A stretch of 64,000 bases of DNA from Roseibacillus sp. (lineage in GTDB: Bacteria > Verrucomicrobiota > Verrucomicrobiia > Verrucomicrobiales > Akkermansiaceae), in the NCBI GenBank assembly GCA_965242925.1, contig CBDEUM010000039.1:1-64000 (forward strand). The letters are read 5' to 3'. The position numbers and the translations under genes were made by a program. How positions within the stretch are numbered: the stretch's first letter is position 1; every line of letters starts with the position of its first letter. This document shows, one piece after another, positions 56,895 to 64,000 of this stretch. Under the pieces are notes generated by a model. It saw only the letters and a list, made by a program, of their open reading frames with translations. It was not told where the DNA came from and searched no databases.

Positions 56895-58109
56895 TCAGTC
56901 CAGCCAGTCCGGCAATTCCCCGTCCCCTGTCTCCTTCCCTTCCAGAAGCCAGCTCAGGTTAAAACGGGCCAGGTAACCATCCTCGTAACGGTGACTCTTT
57001 CCTCCCTCCAGCAAGAGATAGATCCAACCCTCGCTCGCAGTCCCCGGGCGCCCCGCATTGAGGGAGGAGTAGGCACTCGGTCCGTCCCATACCCTGCGCT
57101 TGAGCGGCCAGGTCCCGGCCCCATCAAAACTCACCCACACCGTGACATCACGGCGTTCGGCAGTGACGCTGTCGCAGTTGCTGTAGAGCAGAATATCACG
57201 CCCCTTGACCGGCAGGCGCACCAGCCCGGCAAAACAACCCGACCCGGGCCCGATCGACTTACGCGCCCCATCCGGAAGAATCCGACACATGGTGGCATCC
57301 TTCCAGGTCAGCCCGCCGTCCTCGCTCCAGGCCTCCCAGCGTAAGGCGGGGTTGTATTCTGATCCCGGCGGATCCGCATGTCTCCGGGAGTTGTAGTAGA
57401 TCCGGCCGTCGGAGAGTTCTGCTACCGCTCCCTCTCCGGTTCCCAGCTCGGGAAAGGGCGCGCTGGTGTCCCAGGTCACCCCGCCGTCGTCACTGTAGAT
57501 TGCGGTGTTGTACATCCTGGGAAGGTTTCCCCGGTTGTCCCCCCCGGCATACCACCGGGCGGCCCGCAGCAGCCTGCCGGCGTGCATGCCATGGCGCAGG
57601 GTAATGCCGTGCTCGGCAAAATGCATATCAGGCACATTCCCGCGATGGTCCGGTCGAATGACCGCCTTCTCTACCTTGTGCCAGCTCCTCCCATGGTCGC
57701 GACTTCGACAGACCCATTTCCTGGCCGGGGGATATCTGGCCTCCGGGAACGCGAAAATGTCCCCACTCCCCTCGTCCACTGTGACGCCCCCACCATGCCA
57801 GCAGGGCTTGGCTACCGTAATCAACGGTCCCCAGGTCTTGCCCCCATCCTCACTGCGTCGCACCCGGATTCCCTTCTTGCCCAGGGCAAAGTTGTTCTCC
57901 ACCTCTCCCCAGCTCGCCACCACGGTCCCATCCATGGCCACTACGATGTTAGGATTGCGCTCCCCCTCGAAGAGCTTATGCACCTCAAGGTCCGCCCCAC
58001 CCATGAAGGCCTCCAGGCCCCCCTCCTGAATTGATTCCGCAGCCGGAAGCGGGAAGCAGGGGAGGAAAACGGCAAACGGAACAATCTTGGGCAAAAGGCG
58101 TGAGGGCAT
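56895..58109 (-). CDS. Sialidase-like BNR/Asp-box protein
   Basis: RNPNIVVAMDG; Asp boxes SEDGGKTW, SRDHGRSW, SDDGGVTW, SEDGGLTW, SFDGAGTW; SAYS. Confidence 0.82.
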   Translation of the reverse strand: MPSRLLPKIVPFAVFLPCFPLPAAESIQEGGLEAFMGGADLEVHKLFEGERNPNIVVAMDGTVVASWGEVENNFALGKKGIRVRRSEDGGKTWGPLITVAKPCWHGGGVTVDEGSGDIFAFPEARYPPARKWVCRSRDHGRSWHKVEKAVIRPDHRGNVPDMHFAEHGITLRHGMHAGRLLRAARWYAGGDNRGNLPRMYNTAIYSDDGGVTWDTSAPFPELGTGEGAVAELSDGRIYYNSRRHADPPGSEYNPALRWEAWSEDGGLTWKDATMCRILPDGARKSIGPGSGCFAGLVRLPVKGRDILLYSNCDSVTAERRDVTVWVSFDGAGTWPLKRRVWDGPSAYSSLNAGRPGTASEGWIYLLLEGGKSHRYEDGYLARFNLSWLLEGKETGDGELPDWLD

Positions 58110-58323
58110 CACGGCGGAGGCGGTTGCCCACAATTCTGCAGATCGACTCCAAAGAAGAAACTACTTTCCCCTCAACAGCCTGACGAAAAAAGAACAGGAG
58201 AGGCCAGAGCCCTCCCCGGCACAGGGACTTTCAAGTCCCGTGAATGAACAGACCCTCCTTATTCACAGTTCCCCTTCCCCCATTGCCCTTGTCCATCCGG
58301 CACTCACGCTACAGGTTCATACC

Positions 58324-59727
58324 GTGCGCCGTACCCGACTCATCGCCACCCTCGGCCCTGCCACCGAATCCCTTGACGCCATCCGCTCCCTCGTCCACGC
58401 GGGCGCGGACACCTTCCGGCTTAACATGAGCCACGCATCTCACGAATGGGCCCGTGAGGTGTCCGCCCGCGTGAGGGAAGCAGCCACCGACGCACCCCGG
58501 GCCCGCACGGTGGGTCTCCTCTTCGACCTGCAGGGCCCCTCCATCCGTACCGGCACCCTGGCCCAGCCCTTCGAACTGAATGAAGGTGACAAGGTCGAGT
58601 TCCGTCATCCGGGGAGCGCTCCGGCCCTGTCCTATTCCACCACCGTCAACTACACCAGCCTTGGCAGTGACGTGAACGTGGGTGACACCCTGCTGGTCGA
58701 CAATGGCACCATGATCATGCAGATCGCGGATGTCACCGACGACCGTATCACCTGTGAAGTGCAGACTGCCGGACAGCTGGGCTCCCGGCGCCACATCAAT
58801 CTTCCCGGCGTACGTCTCAATCTTCCAGCACTTACCGAAAAGGACCGGGCCGACATCGAGGTGGCTACCGAGTGCGAAGCGGACTTCATCGCGGGATCAT
58901 TCGTGAGGGATGCGGACCACGTCAACGAATTGCGGGCGCAGATCGAGCAGGCGGGAGGCCATGCACAGCTCATCGCCAAGCTCGAGGACCAGGAAGCCAT
59001 CAAGCACCTCGACGATATCATCCACGTTTCCGATCTCATCATGGTCGCACGCGGCGACCTCGGGATCGAAGTTCACATCGAGGAGCTTCCCATCATTCAA
59101 CGCCGCATCGTGAAGCGCTGCCACAATCTTGGACGACGCGTCATCGTGGCCACCCATCTCCTTGAATCCATGATCGAGAGCCCCACGCCAACGCGGGCCG
59201 AGGTCACGGACTGTGCCAACGCCGTCTACGAGGAAGCTGACGCCCTGATGGTTTCGGGGGAAACCTCGGTGGGCAAGCACCCGCAACGGTGCCTCGAAAT
59301 TCTCGACCGGGTGGCCCGCCGAATCGAACGGTCCGGCGGCCTCGGCTACGCCGCCTCGGCAGACCTGCCTACCAGCCGGCAACGGGCCGTGCGAGCTGCT
59401 GTCCAGCTGGCAGATTCCATCCAGGACGCCGTCATGGTGGTCTTCACACGGAGCGGCGCAACCGCCAACCAGACCGCTCTCCTCCGGCCACGCTCGCCCA
59501 TCTACGCCTTTACCCCGAAAAGCAACGTCTGCAGGGGACTCGCGCTCTCCCGCGGAGTCCGTCCCTTCGTGATTCCCTTCCGGGAGATGCCTCGCGATAC
59601 CATCGCCGAGGCGGTGGCCACCCTCCGCAACCGCCGGGATATTCCGGAAGGCACCCCCCTGGTCATCTTCTCGGACACCTTTCAGATTGACCGTGCAATC
59701 GATTCCATCCTCCTCGACCAGGTGTAA
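58324..59727 (+). CDS. pyk: Pyruvate kinase
   Basis: RRTRLIATLGPA, FRLNMSH, DLQGPSIR, IAKLE, MVARGDLG, PTRAEVTD.ANAV, SGET. GTG start at 58324. Confidence 0.95.
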   Translation: MRRTRLIATLGPATESLDAIRSLVHAGADTFRLNMSHASHEWAREVSARVREAATDAPRARTVGLLFDLQGPSIRTGTLAQPFELNEGDKVEFRHPGSAPALSYSTTVNYTSLGSDVNVGDTLLVDNGTMIMQIADVTDDRITCEVQTAGQLGSRRHINLPGVRLNLPALTEKDRADIEVATECEADFIAGSFVRDADHVNELRAQIEQAGGHAQLIAKLEDQEAIKHLDDIIHVSDLIMVARGDLGIEVHIEELPIIQRRIVKRCHNLGRRVIVATHLLESMIESPTPTRAEVTDCANAVYEEADALMVSGETSVGKHPQRCLEILDRVARRIERSGGLGYAASADLPTSRQRAVRAAVQLADSIQDAVMVVFTRSGATANQTALLRPRSPIYAFTPKSNVCRGLALSRGVRPFVIPFREMPRDTIAEAVATLRNRRDIPEGTPLVIFSDTFQIDRAIDSILLDQV

Positions 59728-59742
59728 CCCCGGGCAGACACC

Positions 59743-61161
59743 TCAAGCCGTCTCTTCCTCTCCCGTGCCGGGAGCTGCCTCTTCCGGTTCCTCCTCACGC
59801 CTTGTGAAGTGTACTTGGCCTACCCGTCGACCATCCGTTCCGGTCACCTTCGCTTCGTATCCTTCTATTTCAATAGCCTCACCGGGCTCGGGAAGATGCC
59901 CGAGCTGCTGGGTGATGTAGCCTCCCACCGTGGTTACTTCTCCACTCTCCAGTTCGACCGCAGGCACATGATCAGAGAGCTCGTTGAGGGTGATCGCTCC
60001 CTCCACGATGAATTCATTGTCATTGACCCGGGTAAAGGCGCTGGTCTCGGAATCAAACTCATCCTGAATATCGCCCACCAGTTCTTCGATCACGTTGTCA
60101 AGGAACACCAGTCCGGCGGGATCGCCAAACTCGTCCACCACCATCGCGAGGTGGGCGCGTTCCTTCAGGAAAAAAGTGAGCAGAACATCGAGCGGCATGG
60201 TCTCGGGCACAATCTTGAGCTCACGTTTAACACCGTTAAGATCAGGAGCGGACTCGCCTGTGAGGATGAGGAGGTCCTTGATATGGATCAGGCCCACCGC
60301 ATTGTCGAGGTGGCCCTGCACCAGAGGAAAGCGGGTGTGCTTGGTAGCCGCCGCTCTCTTGAGGTTCTTTTCAAAGGGTTCGTCGAGATCGAAGAACACA
60401 ACCTCACTGCGAGGGGTCATCACGTCCTGAACCTTGAGATCGTTCAGCTCAAGGGCATTGATCAGGATTCCACGCTCCGTCTCGGTGACCTCGTCATGTT
60501 TCTCGCTCTCTTCCACCAGAATCGCGAGCTCCTCGGGGCTATGGGCGACTTCGCTCTCGGAGACCGGATCGATCTTGAATACCCTTTTGAGAATCCAGTT
60601 GGCGGTTCCGTTCAGGATCGCAATGGCCCACTTGAAGGCCACATAAAAACCGTGCAACGGCCGAGCCAGAGCCAGGGTGGTGCCCAGGGGCTTCCGGATC
60701 GCAATCGACTTCGGCAACAACTCCCCGATGACAACGTGCAGAAAGGTAAAGGAGATGATCGCAATGATGAACGAAATGGTCGGAACCGCATTCTTCAAAA
60801 ACTCGGGCAGATCCGGAATACCGTAGAGCGCAGGCCCCACCAAGGCGGCCACGAAGGGCTCCCCGAGAAATCCCAGCGCCAGGGACGCGATCGTAATGCC
60901 CAGCTGATTGGCGGAAAGATATCCGTCGAGGTGATCGACCACGTGCTTGGCAGTCTTCGCCCTCCGCGGCTTGTCTTTCAGTTCCCCATCGATCTGGGTG
61001 GGACGCACCTTGACGATGGCAAACTCCGACGCCACGAAGAAGGCATTCAGGAGCAGGAAGAAGACGATCCCTGCAATCAACAACAATGCCTCGGGCAGAG
61101 AGGGAAACTCATGAGGCACATTTGCCGACCCGCTGGCCAACGTTATCAACAATCCGTCCAT
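59743..61161 (-). CDS. CNNM/HlyC-CorC family transporter (DUF21, CBS pair, CorC domain)
   Basis: NAFFVASEFA, QLGIT, GELLPKSIA, VMTPR, HTRFPL, VVDEFG, IEELVGDIQDEFD. Confidence 0.93.
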   Translation of the reverse strand: MDGLLITLASGSANVPHEFPSLPEALLLIAGIVFFLLLNAFFVASEFAIVKVRPTQIDGELKDKPRRAKTAKHVVDHLDGYLSANQLGITIASLALGFLGEPFVAALVGPALYGIPDLPEFLKNAVPTISFIIAIISFTFLHVVIGELLPKSIAIRKPLGTTLALARPLHGFYVAFKWAIAILNGTANWILKRVFKIDPVSESEVAHSPEELAILVEESEKHDEVTETERGILINALELNDLKVQDVMTPRSEVVFFDLDEPFEKNLKRAAATKHTRFPLVQGHLDNAVGLIHIKDLLILTGESAPDLNGVKRELKIVPETMPLDVLLTFFLKERAHLAMVVDEFGDPAGLVFLDNVIEELVGDIQDEFDSETSAFTRVNDNEFIVEGAITLNELSDHVPAVELESGEVTTVGGYITQQLGHLPEPGEAIEIEGYEAKVTGTDGRRVGQVHFTRREEEPEEAAPGTGEEETA

Positions 61162-61166
61162 TCCGG

Positions 61167-61427
61167 TCAGAGCTTCTCGAATACGCCCTGATCACGCTTC
61201 TCGAGCACCGTGAACCCGGCCCTTTTCGCATCAGTGGCCGAGAACGGTTTCGCGACCCGGGGCGAATTAACCGAACTGATTATCTTACGGACCGGGTTCC
61301 TGCAAAGGGGGCAGTTCTCCAGGGGAGGGCGGTCGATCGGTCGTCTCAGTTCAAATCCCCGGGCACAGCGGACACAACTTCGATCCGGGTCGTCGGGGTT
61401 TTCAGAAAGATACTCGTAAAGTGGCAT
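61167..61427 (-). CDS. FmdB-family zinc-ribbon protein
   Basis: MPLYEY...CVRC...FE...CPLC...KIIS. Confidence 0.82.
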   Translation of the reverse strand: MPLYEYLSENPDDPDRSCVRCARGFELRRPIDRPPLENCPLCRNPVRKIISSVNSPRVAKPFSATDAKRAGFTVLEKRDQGVFEKL

Positions 61428-61486
61428 CTGGGATGCGGCTGGCAGGGAGATTCGTTGCCACCGCTATTCGAGCTTTGGAAGCTATG

Positions 61487-61756
61487 CTACCAGCTCGATT
61501 TTGTCACGCCGGGAATAAGTCCGGCGGAGGCCATTTCGCGAAAAGTGATGCGGGAGAGCCTGAATCGGCGCAGATAGGCCCTCCGGCGCCCGGTCACCTC
61601 ACAACGGTTCACCACCCGTGTGGGGCTCGCGTCGCGCGGCAGCATGCTCAGACCGACGTAGTCCTTCTCCTTCTTCAGCTTCTGCCGGAGTTCCTTGAAC
61701 TTCTTAACAGTCCGCTGTTTGCGCTTGTTTCGCTCGATCCAGCACTTCTTGGCCAT
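61487..61756 (-). CDS. rpsN: 30S ribosomal protein S14 (89-aa, zinc-independent type)
   Basis: MAKK...[49 protein letters not shown]. Confidence 0.96.
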   Translation of the reverse strand: MAKKCWIERNKRKQRTVKKFKELRQKLKKEKDYVGLSMLPRDASPTRVVNRCEVTGRRRAYLRRFRLSRITFREMASAGLIPGVTKSSW

Positions 61757-61947
61757 GGGGATGCGTCTCTTACGCGGAATCCCATCCGATTCAAGGGTTT
61801 TTTGCTCAACGGGGTCAAATTGGGCTCAGAACAGGACCCTTGACCCACATCCCGGGCAGGCCGTCTCCACGGCGCATGCCAGCAGGGCGCGATCACTTCC
61901 CCGCACTCGTACTTGCAACGAAGCAGTGGAACCTTACTTCTAGCTCC

Positions 61948-63354
<1,407 letters not shown>

Positions 63355-63444
63355 TCTCCCACAGTCTGCCAGAGGGGACGCGGTGAATCGCATCTTCCTG
63401 ACCACAGCAGCGCGTCAGGGCTGGCGGAGCCAGCGAAATCCCTC

Positions 63445-63864
63445 CTAGGCCGCGAATTGCGGGCGGCGGCTGCGAACCAGGGCTATCAGGAGCAGCGCCA
63501 GGGACAGGACCGGATTGACCATTGCATGGTGGGGTCCGCGGGTCTTGTGGGCGACCTCAGCCAGCTCAACCGAAAGGTAATTGGAGCGGCGCCAGATGTC
63601 GCGGCTGGAGACCGGGACGCCCTTCACCCCGCCGAGATCGCCGGCCACGCTTGCATTCACGTAGGGGTAGGCCTCCACCGGCCCGGGCTCTTCCAGCGCC
63701 AGACCAGGGTGGGCCGGACTGTAGTAAAACCCCTCCCCGATCCCGACTTCGTCGCATTCATCCGGAAAGGCAAAGGGCAGCTGGCCCACGGGAGAGGCCC
63801 AAAGAGAAGGGCCAAGATGAAAAGCGAAAAGGAAGAGCGCAAGGAAGGGAAGGTTTGTTTTCAT
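63445..63864 (-). CDS. Hypothetical secreted protein with C-terminal TM anchor
   Basis: Signal peptide at the N-terminus; C-terminal hydrophobic helix followed by RSRR. Confidence 0.55.
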   Translation of the reverse strand: MKTNLPFLALFLFAFHLGPSLWASPVGQLPFAFPDECDEVGIGEGFYYSPAHPGLALEEPGPVEAYPYVNASVAGDLGGVKGVPVSSRDIWRRSNYLSVELAEVAHKTRGPHHAMVNPVLSLALLLIALVRSRRPQFAA

Positions 63865-64000
63865 GAACCGGGTGCAGTTGATGGAACAAGGCCATCAGAA
63901 CCTGGATACTATTAGATCATATATATATTTTTAGTTAGCAGCCATGGTTAGTTCATCCTTCCAAAGGAACAACTTTCTGCCATCCGGACCACAATCGTTC

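Noticed and set aside
36853..58200. tRNA-Ser-anchored genomic island
   Set aside because: No integrase or transposase, no duplicated tRNA 3' end seen, and no obvious composition shift.

Overview
GC-rich bacterial window, inferred to be Verrucomicrobiota (PVC superphylum) from its DUF1501/DUF1549-DUF1553 genes, PVC-type haem proteins, many sulfatases and an RpiB-GlyA fusion. Housekeeping genes (rpiB-glyA, LMW phosphatase, recQ, dgt, NhaP-type antiporter, ispE, YfiH, MarR, tRNA-Ser(GCT), pyk, CNNM/HlyC, rpsN, fumC) alternate with two accessory blocks (~4.6-27 kb and ~36.9-58.1 kb) of secreted carbohydrate-active and redox proteins. The strongest signal is missing from the ORF track. At 27430-27741 (+) lies a 103-codon secreted heavy-metal-associated (HMA/MerP-like) gene. 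An in-frame TGA sits exactly at the first Cys of its metal-binding motif (GVT-U-AG-C) and is followed by a SECIS-like hairpin, so this is a candidate exported selenoprotein. Other notable items are a ~1050-aa PL2 pectate lyase/beta-helix/discoidin gene split by two single-base indels, a stand-alone copy of a putative verrucomicrobial C-terminal sorting domain, an ECF-FecR pair followed by two helical-repeat proteins instead of a TonB receptor, a 1223-aa sugar dehydrogenase/tri-haem/oxidoreductase fusion and a propeller with tandem NIPSNAP domains. Several indels fall in short homopolymers, which suggests assembly errors. All calls come from reading motifs by eye; no searches were run.
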